DNA from: a virus
Strand: one strand, 5' to 3'
Virus record (IMG/VR): IMGVR_UViG_3300044769_000038
Length of the DNA stretch: 47,126 bases
The notes beneath the pieces were generated by a model that worked only from the letters and a program-made list of their open reading frames with translations, was not told the DNA's origin and did no database searches. Shown one piece after another: positions 26,510 through 35,980 of the stretch (positions are counted from its first letter, which is position 1; each line of letters opens with the position of its first letter). A program made the position numbers and the translations under genes.

Positions 26510-29021
26510 CCTCTTTCAGATTGAAATCCTTGAGCTCCTTATAGTTCTCTCCAATCTTCGCCTCACACGGAATAGTTAGCATACCCCGCTGAAGCGTGCA
26601 CCTACTGAAATCGATAGGAGTCTCGAACTCCTCCTTGATGATGCGAGCGTGATACTCGATTTGTGAGATTGGGGTCATGAACACGAGCGCGTCATGGGCC
26701 TCAACCACCATACGCACGTCCGGGATTCTCTCCTTGATACGAAGGGCGCACTTCTTGGTATGGTCGGCTACGGTTGACTGAGGTATCTGAGCGTAGGCTT
26801 CACGCCATAGGTCGTCACCCCACCATCCGTTGAAAACACGCGCACGACCGAACGGGTTGACGAGCATCATGTTGTTGTTCTGTAGCGCGTCAACTACCTC
26901 TGCGTGGAAAACCTCTCGAATCCACGGAGAGAACCGATGGAAAGCATCGAGCATCTGACCCGCTTTCCACTCCGAGAGAGCTGCGATGTTCACGTCGTAT
27001 TTCTTGGCGTTAGTGTTGACCAGCTCCATCAGCCGTCGCTTGCCCATGTCGTAGTTACCGGCGTGGCGCACAGTCTTGCCGATGAATCGCATCTCCTTGG
27101 TGATGAGGTGCATGGCTAGACTGAACACCCACGTCGAGGTCAGCTTATGGATGTCGGTCATGTTGAACAGCTCCAGAGTTTCCTGAGAGCGGCCCAACAA
27201 TGCAACGACGCGAGCCTCAGCCTGAGATTGGTCGAACTCCATGATGACATGGCCCTTATCAGCCACGAACATCTTGCGAAGCTCAGCCCCCATCTCACCA
27301 TGCTTGCTCATGGTCTGGAAGGCCAACCCCATTTCAAATGGCCTGACTGGGGGCTTGAGGGTCGTGTTCGACGTTCTTCCTGTCTCAGTTCCGCAGATGC
27401 GAATAGATGTTCTCATTCGCCCGTCGAAGTCGCACGGAGCTTCGATATAGGTGCCCTTCGCCTTGCGCCACCCGCGTATGGAGAGGATGAGGTCAATGGC
27501 CCGCTTATGCTCAGCCTTCTTACACGTGTTGGCTTGGAGCGCGATGAGCACGTCCTCACCAGTGCTGGCCTTCAGCTCGCCCTGAGCGTTCCGACTCCCT
27601 TTCCCCTTACCAGTCCTGATTGGGAGTCCGAAGTCCTTGTAGATGAGTAGACCGATTTGCTTAGGTGAGTTGCAGTTGACGGACCAACCTGCTATCTCAT
27701 TCAACTCAGCCTGAGCAACCTTAATCTTAGCGTCGTAGTCCTTGAGCATGGACTGACGCTTATTCTCATCAACCGCGAATCCCTCATCTTCCATGTCGCG
27801 ATAGAGCGGGTGGAGACGCATGACGAAATCATGGAAGAACTCCTCACGCCAGTTCGGGAATCCTGGAACCTCGAACTCTCCCATCGCCGCATTCATGGCC
27901 GTCTTAATCTCGAATGCTACTGCTGCGTCCTTCGCGTTGTAGAGGAGTAGCTGCTCTACGGGAGACCGTTTGAGGTCGAACTCCTTTCCCTCGTCCTTGT
28001 AGTATGGTTCCTCTGTGTAGATGGAGCCGAGAAATGCCTGGGACTTTTCCAGCTCACAATGAAGTGAATGAGCCGCGAGCATGTTGTCCCAAAACACGTT
28101 CTGCACAACCATCCCGCATGGTCGACGGAGTTTCGCGTCATCGAACTTGAAGTTCTGTCCGATTACCTTGAGGTCCGGCAAACTAAGGAAGTCACCCAGC
28201 ACACGCCAGATGTTGATGAACTCCCCCTCGGAGATACCAGAGGGCTTCCTCTGAAACTTCCAGATGTCGATGAGGGGGACGGACATGGCATGCCACTCAT
28301 TGAAGGCCAGCGCTATGCAAACAGGCATTGCATGTAGGACTTCAATGTCAACCGATACCTCACGAAGTTTCTGCTCCGTGTAGTATTTCGTGAGGAAGCG
28401 CCAGAGGTCTACGGAACTACGCCCAACCTCCAGCGTCCTTCTCGGTAGCTTGAACTCAGGGAATCGTGACTGCTCGACAGCCCTGTTCAGATCATGCTGG
28501 ATATAGAGGCGCGAGGCATAGCTAATAGCCTTCTCCTGCACCACTCCTTCCGACTGTGACCTGAGTAGGGCTGCCGGGTGAATCGTGGGCAGCACCTTGT
28601 AGTTACCCTGCAACGCCGTCAGGATGGAACCTCTCCAGGTCGTGATGCCCGAGAACTTCTCAGTCTTACGGACCCGCGTTCCCTTACCCGTCAGCGCCCA
28701 CAGAGAAAGGTTCCCGAGAGCGATGATGCAGTTGGGCTTGATTGCGTGAATCTCATCCCACAGCTCGGGAATCTGCTCATCGATGGAGATACCAATGCCA
28801 CCCAGGTTGTCAAGCCTGTTGAACGGTGGCTTATACTTGACGACGTTGGTGACGTAGACCTCTCCCCTACGGATGCCTGCTGTCTCCAGCATCTCGTTGA
28901 GGAGTTGACCTGATGGACCGCTGAACGGGATACCGGATTCGTCCTCGACGGCACCGGGAGCCTCGCCGACTACCATCAGAGGCGCACTAAACGGTCCCTG
29001 ACCCTTCACGTAGTTCGGCAT
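26502..29021 (-). CDS. Family A DNA polymerase with N-terminal family-4 UDG-like domain and 3'-5' exonuclease
   Basis: UDG-like LMVVGEAPGAVEDESGIPFSGPSGQLL, exo motif VSVDIEV, and polymerase motifs A (DQSQAEARVVA), B-like (RHAGNYDMG) and C (VEAHDAL). Confidence 0.9.
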   Translation of the reverse strand: MPNYVKGQGPFSAPLMVVGEAPGAVEDESGIPFSGPSGQLLNEMLETAGIRRGEVYVTNVVKYKPPFNRLDNLGGIGISIDEQIPELWDEIHAIKPNCIIALGNLSLWALTGKGTRVRKTEKFSGITTWRGSILTALQGNYKVLPTIHPAALLRSQSEGVVQEKAISYASRLYIQHDLNRAVEQSRFPEFKLPRRTLEVGRSSVDLWRFLTKYYTEQKLREVSVDIEVLHAMPVCIALAFNEWHAMSVPLIDIWKFQRKPSGISEGEFINIWRVLGDFLSLPDLKVIGQNFKFDDAKLRRPCGMVVQNVFWDNMLAAHSLHCELEKSQAFLGSIYTEEPYYKDEGKEFDLKRSPVEQLLLYNAKDAAVAFEIKTAMNAAMGEFEVPGFPNWREEFFHDFVMRLHPLYRDMEDEGFAVDENKRQSMLKDYDAKIKVAQAELNEIAGWSVNCNSPKQIGLLIYKDFGLPIRTGKGKGSRNAQGELKASTGEDVLIALQANTCKKAEHKRAIDLILSIRGWRKAKGTYIEAPCDFDGRMRTSIRICGTETGRTSNTTLKPPVRPFEMGLAFQTMSKHGEMGAELRKMFVADKGHVIMEFDQSQAEARVVALLGRSQETLELFNMTDIHKLTSTWVFSLAMHLITKEMRFIGKTVRHAGNYDMGKRRLMELVNTNAKKYDVNIAALSEWKAGQMLDAFHRFSPWIREVFHAEVVDALQNNNMMLVNPFGRARVFNGWWGDDLWREAYAQIPQSTVADHTKKCALRIKERIPDVRMVVEAHDALVFMTPISQIEYHARIIKEEFETPIDFSRCTLQRGMLTIPCEAKIGENYKELKDFNLKEVA

Positions 29022-29430
29022 ACTGCTCCCTCAGAACCAACATCAGTGCCTCAGCCAACAAGTCCATGCGCTTGTGGTTAGCCCACTCCAGGAAGGTGAC
29101 CTCGTTGAGGCTCTGAAACACGTTCTCCCGCTTCTCCCCGATAACGATGACCGGAACCTGGCGCGCGAGAGCGTAGCCCATCTCCACATGCCGTCCGCCC
29201 GTGCCCCCGCGCTGATGACTCATGGGATTGTAGAGCACGAACACGTCCGCCGCGTCAATCGCCATCAGATCCTTGCGTGCTTCCTCATCGAGCTGCGCCG
29301 GACTGTAGTGAAGTGAGAAGTCGAGGTCAATCCAGTCCGCGTTGACCTTAAGTCCATTCTGGCGGAAGTGGCTCCTCAACTCTTTCACTTTGCTCTGAAG
29401 TTCCGACGCTGTTGCTAGGTAGATTGTCAT
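28987..29430 (-). CDS. Nucleoside 2-deoxyribosyltransferase-like protein
   Basis: 147 aa with AIDAADVFVLYNP...GGTGGRHVEMGYALARQVPVIVIG, typical of the NDT/Rcl-like fold. Overlaps the polymerase gene by 35 nt. Confidence 0.5.
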   Translation of the reverse strand: MTIYLATASELQSKVKELRSHFRQNGLKVNADWIDLDFSLHYSPAQLDEEARKDLMAIDAADVFVLYNPMSHQRGGTGGRHVEMGYALARQVPVIVIGEKRENVFQSLNEVTFLEWANHKRMDLLAEALMLVLREQYAELREGSGTV

Positions 29431-30778
29431 TCTTTGGCTCCTTGTTCAGCCTCTTGAGGATTTTTTCGTAGCGTTCTTTGTCCCTCTCGATGAGGATGTA
29501 ACTGCGACGGTTCTCTTTGCAGGCTTGTCCGACAACGCCACTTCCTGCAAACGGATCGAGAACAAGTGCCCCGTCGAACGTCGAGTCCTGGAGGAGGTCT
29601 GCGACCAGATCCAGTGGCTTTTCATGAGGGTGGATAAGGTTTCTCGGAGGAACCGCGTTGAAGCTCTTGACCCCTGAGATGCGGGTCGGTTTAGTAAGCG
29701 CAGGAGCTCCCTTAGCTGCGACGAGGATAAGCTCGAAGTCGCGGTCATATTCCCAAGACTTAACTCCGCGACGAGACATGGCCGCTTTTTTGTGCCAGAT
29801 GACGGGGGTCTTGGCGACGTCGAATCCGCATCGCATGAGTTCGCCTCTGACGTTTTCGAGTTTGCCATCGGGGAGCATCCTGTCGTATCCTGCGTAGTGT
29901 GGCCAATCGTCGAGTCCGATGAAGACGTAGCACATCGCGGGATACTTGAGGACTCGGTAGACTTCTTGGAAGACCGGGAACGTGCGCGCGTCGCGGGTGA
30001 GCTTCTCATCGAAGAATCGGAGCCAGGGTGGGTCGGTGATGCAGGCGTCAACCGAACAGTCAGGGATGAGTTTGAGGATGGAGGTAGAATCTCCCAGGTA
30101 AACCTGGTCGACTTCCGTGGTTTTTGGGGCGGTCGCCTCAATCTCAGCGTCGATGCGTCGAACTTCGTGGCGGACCAGCTTGATAGCTGTTCTTTTGTCT
30201 GCGACGTTCCTAAGCGCAGGATTGAGTCTGACTGCACGGGCGAGGTTGATGTCTTCTGAAACTGCTCCCAGGGCAGCCCCCAGTTCTTCGGCTGTGTCAC
30301 GGAGCGACCAACCTTTCTCTTCTTCTGATACTTTCGGTCTCCCAGTCTTCGCTACTCCGTGTTCCTCCTGCCTCATGGTGTGGAGCTTCTCGACGAGGAG
30401 CGCCTGATCCCACCACGGCAGATTGAACCGACGGAGATTCTCGTGGACTCGCTTGAAGGTTGCTTCCCTTTCGGTGCAATCCTCAACGATAGCCTCAATC
30501 TCCGTCCAACCCAGCTTGAGGGCCGCACGGAGGCGTTTCTCCCCGAAGTTGAGGAGATATGGCTTTTCGGAATTGTTCGTGTTGCGAACACTTATTGCTT
30601 GCAGTTGGCCTTGCTCCCTCATCGAATCAGCCATGTCGTCAAGCTGAGTGAGAAGATTCTGGCGCTGCTGACCCTCGTAGACCTCGAAGTCTTGTTCGAG
30701 ATTCGTGGGGACGAACTCTATCTGATCGACAGGTATCTTCATAGAAGTTCTTCCTCCTCCGCTTCTACGTTCTCCCAT
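29348..30778 (-). CDS. ParB-like N-terminal domain fused to a DNA (N6-adenine/N4-cytosine type) methyltransferase
   Basis: ParB-like FGEKRLRAALKLGWTEIEAIV. Methyltransferase motif IV (ITDPPW) precedes motif I (LDPFAGSGVVGQA). Overlaps the downstream gene by 83 nt. Confidence 0.85.
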   Translation of the reverse strand: MGERRSGGGRTSMKIPVDQIEFVPTNLEQDFEVYEGQQRQNLLTQLDDMADSMREQGQLQAISVRNTNNSEKPYLLNFGEKRLRAALKLGWTEIEAIVEDCTEREATFKRVHENLRRFNLPWWDQALLVEKLHTMRQEEHGVAKTGRPKVSEEEKGWSLRDTAEELGAALGAVSEDINLARAVRLNPALRNVADKRTAIKLVRHEVRRIDAEIEATAPKTTEVDQVYLGDSTSILKLIPDCSVDACITDPPWLRFFDEKLTRDARTFPVFQEVYRVLKYPAMCYVFIGLDDWPHYAGYDRMLPDGKLENVRGELMRCGFDVAKTPVIWHKKAAMSRRGVKSWEYDRDFELILVAAKGAPALTKPTRISGVKSFNAVPPRNLIHPHEKPLDLVADLLQDSTFDGALVLDPFAGSGVVGQACKENRRSYILIERDKERYEKILKRLNKEPKNDNLPSNSVGTSEQSERVEEPLPPEWT

Positions 30779-31149
30779 GAAGCTGCCATCTTCTCGATGA
30801 TGGGAACGATATAGTTGTCATCTAAGGCGATGGCCCGACGAATGCACTCCTCTTTAGGGGTTCCGATGAACACGAACTCGCGCACCCAGCTTTTCGATCG
30901 CCACTCCTCACGCCTCGCCTTTGTGCCGTTTGTCGCATCGAGAATCACCGTGTCATGGCCTGCGAGGAACAAAGCCTTAACCATGCAATGTGCGATTGCC
31001 CAAACGAACATCTCAGCTTCGGGGATGAATCGCTGACCGTGCAACGCGTAGCGAATCTGGTCTGGACAGACGATTGGGGCGCGGCCTGCTTGCGCCCACG
31101 TTGTCTTACCACTACGGGGAAGCCCCACTGTCATCATTAGCTTTTTCAT
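30739..31149 (-). CDS. P-loop kinase, AAA_33 / polynucleotide-kinase-like
   Basis: Walker A (GLPRSGKTTWA), VILDATNGTKARR, and PKEECIRRAIAL, in the typical order for PNK-like kinases. Confidence 0.6.
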   Translation of the reverse strand: MKKLMMTVGLPRSGKTTWAQAGRAPIVCPDQIRYALHGQRFIPEAEMFVWAIAHCMVKALFLAGHDTVILDATNGTKARREEWRSKSWVREFVFIGTPKEECIRRAIALDDNYIVPIIEKMAASWENVEAEEEELL

Positions 31150-31304
31150 CTATTGCACCTTCTGACAAAATGTGCGGTTTTCAATTTTCAAATTGCGTGG
31201 TTAATAGAAAACCGTCTTCCGGTTAAACAAACCACTCGGGCTAGCACCGAGAAGTCACCCTTTCGAGCCTTTCCGGGTCTACTCAGGAAGTCTAAGTGGT
31301 CGCC

Positions 31305-31493
31305 CTACTCGACGACGTCTTCGTCAGCTTCCTCGTCGTCCTCATCTTCGTCGTCTTCATCCTCGTCCTCGTCGGTCTCTTCACCGAGGGCAGCCTCGTG
31401 CTCCTCGATTTCGTTGTCGAGTTCGATGCGCTCCTGATCCTGCTGCTGTTCGAGGTCGGCGGGGTCCGGAACGTCTGCGTGCATGTTATACAT
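31305..31493 (-). CDS. Highly acidic 62-aa protein (DNA-mimic candidate)
   Basis: GGGAGAA SD upstream. The C-terminal half is almost pure Asp/Glu (ETDEDEDEDDEDEDDEEADEDVVE). Confidence 0.6.
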   Translation of the reverse strand: MYNMHADVPDPADLEQQQDQERIELDNEIEEHEAALGEETDEDEDEDDEDEDDEEADEDVVE

Positions 31494-31597
31494 GACTCTG
31501 ATTCTCCCTGTCTATTGCTGTTTGCTGTGCGCGTTTCTACGAATGATGACGAAAGAGGACTCCCCGATTCCCCACGAACCGAGGAGTCCAGTGGTTA

Positions 31598-32023
31598 CTA
31601 GCCGCCGAAGCCGGTCACGGGAACCGCCGGAGCCGTCGAGCCACCCGACAGGGCAGTCGGCGCCCAGTCGTTGATTTTGTTGGTGGGACGACCCTGATAC
31701 TTGTCCGTGATGATCTCGATGCGGACGGTCTTGCCGAGGCAGCTCTCGAAGTCGAAGTCCGAGCCCTCTTCTTCGGTGACCTTGCCGCCGAAGGCCTTGA
31801 TGACGGGCACCGCGAGGCCGGGGGCCTTCTCGGAAATCCACGTCTTGAACGGCACGCCGAGGACCTCACCTTCCTGTCCCTCCAGGTCGATGACGATGTT
31901 CTTCGACTGACCGTCCTTGGCGTCCCCCAGGGCGACCTTCGTCACCTTGGCGAGATACCAGCCGGGGCGCACGATCTTGCTGCGCTTGACGTCCTGCGGA
32001 GTAACCTGAAAACGCATTCCCAT
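31598..32023 (-). CDS. SSB-like protein (DUF669-type, tentative)
   Basis: The start was moved to the ATG at 32023 because AGGTAGG lies upstream. It sits directly downstream of the Sak4-like ATPase, as in known Sak4/SSB pairs. Confidence 0.4.
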   Translation of the reverse strand: MGMRFQVTPQDVKRSKIVRPGWYLAKVTKVALGDAKDGQSKNIVIDLEGQEGEVLGVPFKTWISEKAPGLAVPVIKAFGGKVTEEEGSDFDFESCLGKTVRIEIITDKYQGRPTNKINDWAPTALSGGSTAPAVPVTGFGG

Positions 32024-32099
32024 TCTGAACCTACCTATCACTAGTGGCACTATGTGCCGGTTTACGACCCCCAACCTTTGATATCAGTAGGGGTTCTTG

Positions 32100-32999
32100 C
32101 TACACAATCTTCCGAATCTCCTCCTTCTCTGCGTGCGCAGCTTCCTGTGCTGCCTTCGAGGTCACGGCTTCCTGCAACTTGACGTTGTGCTCAGCCAAGA
32201 ACTTCTTGACCTCAGCGAAGCCGGGTTTGTTGGTGATGTCAAACGACGGAGGCAGAGGCAAAGCTGTCTTTGCGAACTGCTCACCAATCGTCTGAACATG
32301 GATGATGCGCTGGCGACCACCCGCCACTGACGAATCAGCGCGAGTCTCCAGGTGCCATATTTCGTTGAAGTAGCTCGGTGCCATCGCAGCCGTCTTCGCA
32401 CCGTAGGCTGCAATCGATGAAGTCTTGGTGACCTTCATCCCGGCTCCCGATCCCGACGTATCGAGCTTGGGGAGAGGGTGTGCAGTCCAGATGACATGAC
32501 ACGGAAGCACCTTGGAGACATCCAGAGTCTGGGTCACCAAAGTTGTTTCGCCTTTGTATTCATCGAAGTCCGGTATCACAAGACCACCCTTTGACTTGAG
32601 TGGGTTCTTGTTTGACTGTTCCGATGCGCTGCGAACGTCCAACTGGAACGTCACACAGGTGACGGAGAATGAGGTGAAGCTGTCGAGGACAACGGTTGCC
32701 CACGGGCAGTAATCCTGAAGTTTGTTGAACTCCTCAGCGAACTGCACCAGACTCTTGATGTGGACGGTCATGCCGTCAGCATCCTTGAAGCGAGTTTCTC
32801 TCGCTCCATAAATATCATACTCAATATCCGTGCGATTCGGAAAAAAGAGTTTGACCACATCGAGTTTCGAGCCATCAAACATAAAGAACTTGATGGGTCC
32901 GGGGAAGCTCGCCGCTAGAACGGTCTTACCAGAGCCATTGTCTCCCTTGAGCATGGCCATGATACGACCGCCTAGCACGATGTCGCTGGTTCGTGGCAT
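32100..32999 (-). CDS. RecA-core ATPase, AAA_24 / Sak4-like recombination protein
   Basis: Walker A (GDNGSGKT) near the N-terminus and hydrophobic strand plus Asp (VVLDSFTSF). 299 aa. Confidence 0.55.
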   Translation of the reverse strand: MPRTSDIVLGGRIMAMLKGDNGSGKTVLAASFPGPIKFFMFDGSKLDVVKLFFPNRTDIEYDIYGARETRFKDADGMTVHIKSLVQFAEEFNKLQDYCPWATVVLDSFTSFSVTCVTFQLDVRSASEQSNKNPLKSKGGLVIPDFDEYKGETTLVTQTLDVSKVLPCHVIWTAHPLPKLDTSGSGAGMKVTKTSSIAAYGAKTAAMAPSYFNEIWHLETRADSSVAGGRQRIIHVQTIGEQFAKTALPLPPSFDITNKPGFAEVKKFLAEHNVKLQEAVTSKAAQEAAHAEKEEIRKIV

Positions 33000-33265
33000 C
33001 AGTCTCGTCCCTCGTTACGTATCCGGCTTGTCTTCCGCTCCGATGGCGACATGCGAGTGTCCTGATCACCGACCGTGCCCATTCGTGGGGTCTTGTCCAT
33101 GTAGAGCTTGTCGACAATCTCCATCTGCTTGTCGCTCAGGTAGCCCTTCGCTTCGAGCTGACGTGAGCAGGACTCGACGAAGGTCTCTTCCCAGGTTGTG
33201 AGCTTCGTCGATTGCATGAGTTCTGTGAGGATGACCTTGTAGTTAGGCATCATCAGGCTCCACAA
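32999..33265 (-). CDS. Hypothetical protein
   Basis: 88-aa ORF. Alternative ATGs at 33253 and 33250 would reduce the overlap with the upstream gene. Confidence 0.45.
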   Translation of the reverse strand: MWSLMMPNYKVILTELMQSTKLTTWEETFVESCSRQLEAKGYLSDKQMEIVDKLYMDKTPRMGTVGDQDTRMSPSERKTSRIRNEGRD

Positions 33266-33710
33266 CTACCTGAGCCTTGAGCATGTCGACGGTGTTCTGG
33301 AACGCTGTTTCGAGCAGCCCCGGTGGCAGCTCCAGCTTATAGACGGAGCCGCTCCGACCCATTCCCGCCATCACGCAATCGACGATGAAGTCGAGCACGT
33401 CGATGAGATTCACGTCGTCTCGCACACCATCGCTCATCGTGAGGTGATGACGATTGAGCTGCCGGTGCGCGGTCCACCACGTTGTCTGAGTGAAGCCCGT
33501 GATGAAGTCCCGATGGAACCCGTCGATGTCCGAGAGCTTGTCGAAATCGTGCCGCCCCGCGCACTCAACGATTTGAGCCGCGAAGAACGCCAGTCCCTTG
33601 TGCACGTCGCCGAGATGCTGGAGCGAGCTTGCGAGGAGCTGCTCTCTTGACACCTTTGTGAAGTCGCACGTCCTTGTGTCCGCTGTCTTGCTTTTCTTGA
33701 TCTGAATCAT
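33243..33710 (-). CDS. Hypothetical protein
   Basis: The start was moved to the ATG at 33710, which has a perfect AAGGAG 4 nt upstream. 155 aa. Confidence 0.55.
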   Translation of the reverse strand: MIQIKKSKTADTRTCDFTKVSREQLLASSLQHLGDVHKGLAFFAAQIVECAGRHDFDKLSDIDGFHRDFITGFTQTTWWTAHRQLNRHHLTMSDGVRDDVNLIDVLDFIVDCVMAGMGRSGSVYKLELPPGLLETAFQNTVDMLKAQVVVEPDDA

Positions 33711-33960
33711 GGCACTCCTTGCATACGAAAACGTATCGGCCACCCTGTTTATCACGTTGAGTCTTGCAGTCATGGCACACACCCTGCTGTGCCCGATACC
33801 ATACTGCGTTGATAATCCGTTTGATGTCATCGTCGTGCCAGTGTCCCCTGAGTAGCTGGTCTACGATGCCGTCCACTGGACGGAGTCGCTTGACGGGAGG
33901 CAGCTTGAGCTTCATGTCATCGACTTCACCAAACGACTTATCCCCGAACTTGAGTTTCAC
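33565..33960 (-). CDS. Hypothetical zinc-ribbon protein (3' part overlaps the next gene)
   Basis: CHDC ... CKEC motif. The N-terminal ~85 aa look protein-like. The Arg-rich tail overlaps 33243..33710 by 146 nt and may not be a functional part of the protein. Confidence 0.4.
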   Translation of the reverse strand: MKLKFGDKSFGEVDDMKLKLPPVKRLRPVDGIVDQLLRGHWHDDDIKRIINAVWYRAQQGVCHDCKTQRDKQGGRYVFVCKECHDSDQEKQDSGHKDVRLHKGVKRAAPRKLAPASRRRAQGTGVLRGSNR

Positions 33961-34304
33961 CCTCCACCCAACAGGTCATCGAGAGATCCTCCCAACAGTG
34001 CGTCGAGATTCTCCTCGACCTTCTTGATGTCGACGTGCTCCTTGCCCTTCGGCGCGGCGTTGCTCTTACCCGTGCAAATGAGACAATGCGGCTTCTTGAG
34101 TTGGAGCGTCCGCTTGTTGAGCTGAAACGCCCGTCCGCACTTCCAGCACTCACATGCCTCACCCACCAACAGGGCTGCGGGTTTGTGGCTGGAGCAACCT
34201 GCGATCTGACACTTGAAGATGACGTAGTCAGTCCCGTCCCTTCTCTTATACTTGATCCTCAGAAACTTGTGAGGACCAAGGTGGCTTCGTTTTGCCCTCG
34301 GCAT
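33957..34304 (-). CDS. Hypothetical zinc-finger protein
   Basis: The start was moved to the ATG at 34304, 1 nt after the upstream stop. Contains CQIAGC ... CECWKC ... CLIC. Confidence 0.5.
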   Translation of the reverse strand: MPRAKRSHLGPHKFLRIKYKRRDGTDYVIFKCQIAGCSSHKPAALLVGEACECWKCGRAFQLNKRTLQLKKPHCLICTGKSNAAPKGKEHVDIKKVEENLDALLGGSLDDLLGGG

Positions 34305-34305
34305 A

Positions 34306-35151
34306 TCATGCTTCCTTCGTGTGTGGACTCCACGGCTCCCCGACGTAGAAACGCGACTGGAGTTTGAACTCGCGCACCTCGGGGATAGCTTCGCAGACCT
34401 CCTGGAAGATACAGCCCGCATACTTATCACATGATGTGAAGTTGGGCGGGAAGTAGTTTGAGTCGATGTAGCTCACGAGCATCTCAGTCCAGTATGTTGC
34501 GGACTGAATCCACTCGATAAGCAGCGGATCGTTATATGACAGAAACAGACGTTGGAATCGCTCGTTCTCTTTCAGCGTCTTCTGGAAACCGATACGGTTG
34601 ACGATGACGTTATGGGAACCAGTCGCCCATGCGTAGCCCATGAACTGGTTGGAGAGCCGAGTCGGGGATGAACGACGCGACGCCGTCTTGTGGTCGATGA
34701 CGAAGATACCATGAGGCGTCTTGGCGATGAGGTCGATGACCCCCTCATAGAGAATCGACAAGCCTTCGAGTTCTGGGGTATCTTCCCGACGATAGAGTTC
34801 ACGGGAGAACGACTGCTCTACCTCAAGCGGCTCCCAGCCGTCCTGATTATAGTAGTGGCAGTAAGCCGTGAACTGCTTGATGTTCTCGTCGATGGTCGAT
34901 TCGTTCAGGTCCATCTCGATCGTGGCCGCACGCCCGATGGCAACCGCTTCCTCGATGACGTTGTGCAGGTCCGTGCGCCCATTCTTCCGTGCGACGTAGT
35001 AGTGCTTGAGCATCCGGTGCATGAGGTCGCCCTTTTCGAGCGCCTCTGCTTTCTCGGTGGGCCGCCAGTTCTTGATGAACCCGAGGTCCACCTTGCGCGC
35101 ACACATGGACACTGTGTTCAGTATCTGCGAGTCGAGAGCAATCGTTCTCAA
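34306..35151 (-). CDS. PD-(D/E)XK exonuclease, Cas4/AddB-like with Cys cluster
   Basis: VIDLIAKTPHGIFVIDHKT (D...D-x-K), one N-terminal Cys and a C-terminal CDKYAGCIFQEVC, consistent with an Fe-S cluster. Confidence 0.7.
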   Translation of the reverse strand: MRTIALDSQILNTVSMCARKVDLGFIKNWRPTEKAEALEKGDLMHRMLKHYYVARKNGRTDLHNVIEEAVAIGRAATIEMDLNESTIDENIKQFTAYCHYYNQDGWEPLEVEQSFSRELYRREDTPELEGLSILYEGVIDLIAKTPHGIFVIDHKTASRRSSPTRLSNQFMGYAWATGSHNVIVNRIGFQKTLKENERFQRLFLSYNDPLLIEWIQSATYWTEMLVSYIDSNYFPPNFTSCDKYAGCIFQEVCEAIPEVREFKLQSRFYVGEPWSPHTKEA

Positions 35152-35152
35152 C

Positions 35153-35407
35153 CTATCCCCCCTTCCTTACTTCATCCCCGTATCGGGGAGAATGCATCTT
35201 GAAAAAGTCCATGAGAATCTCATCGACGACGTATGAAATGCTGGCTGGCGAACCCGTGCGCCCCGCTCCCCTCGCTATCATAGCCAGCTCATGATAGTGA
35301 AGGGGATCAATCCCCACAGACTTCGGGACGCGCCTGTCTCCGATGATTCTCGGAGCGTAGGTCTTTTTAATCTTGCGCGATTGTCTCTGACGACGATGAT
35401 GTCGCAT
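35153..35407 (-). CDS. Hypothetical basic protein (possible ribbon-helix-helix)
   Basis: 84 aa with a basic N-terminus, then VGIDPLHYHELAMIA ... SISYVVDEILMDFF. Confidence 0.35.
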   Translation of the reverse strand: MRHHRRQRQSRKIKKTYAPRIIGDRRVPKSVGIDPLHYHELAMIARGAGRTGSPASISYVVDEILMDFFKMHSPRYGDEVRKGG

Positions 35408-35431
35408 CTCTACTCCTTCTTGTCGATTAAA

Positions 35432-35980
35432 CTACTGGGGCGCTCCGCAGTTGTCACAAACGTCTGCATTACGGCGAAGCTCCGATCCGCATCCTGAGCA
35501 TGAACCCGCTTTAGGAGATACTCGAACACCTCTTGACTGATTGTGCTGAACTCGTCGACTACTGTTAGAAACTCCCGCCGCTGTTGAACTGCCATTCTTC
35601 TCGACGTAGTAAAGGGAAGCAATCTCCCCCTGGAACCGAAAGTAATTCTCGGGGGACGCACCGATGAGCTTCTGAATATGCTCCTCACGGTAGCCGTGCT
35701 TCTCTCCGTAGCGTCGAATCCACCAGTCGCGGGGGACTTGTTTGACTGCTTCGTATCTTCCACAACAGACCTCTGCACTGAGTCCGAGTGAAAAGTCGGG
35801 CATCTTGTTCTTATACGGAACCGAGAAGATCGATTCCGGATATACCGTGATCATGCGCTTTCGCATGACATCGAAGTCGGCCTCGGCATGACACCACCCA
35901 TGACAGCATGAACCGACAGTGAAGTCTTCGCACCAGAAGGTGGTCGGTAGATCCTTCTTCGTGATGAGGCTACTTGACAC
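35432..35980 (-). CDS. Cys-rich hypothetical protein with C-terminal zinc ribbon
   Basis: GSCCHGWCH near the N-terminus and CSGCGSELRRNADVCDNCG at the C-terminus. 182 aa. Confidence 0.5.
   Translation of the reverse strand: MSSSLITKKDLPTTFWCEDFTVGSCCHGWCHAEADFDVMRKRMITVYPESIFSVPYKNKMPDFSLGLSAEVCCGRYEAVKQVPRDWWIRRYGEKHGYREEHIQKLIGASPENYFRFQGEIASLYYVEKNGSSTAAGVSNSSRRVQHNQSRGVRVSPKAGSCSGCGSELRRNADVCDNCGAPQ

Noticed and set aside
31153-31601. Ser-rich ORF 31153..31437 (+) and ORF 31296..31601 (+)
   Set aside because: These are antisense readings of the GAN-repeat DNA that encodes the acidic protein, which has the SD and a sensible start.
35410-35778. Alternate-frame ORF 35410..35778 (-), whose C-terminal ~60 aa look protein-like
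   Set aside because: It lies fully inside 35432..35980, which ends in a classic zinc ribbon and is coupled to its neighbours. I cannot exclude a genuine nested gene.
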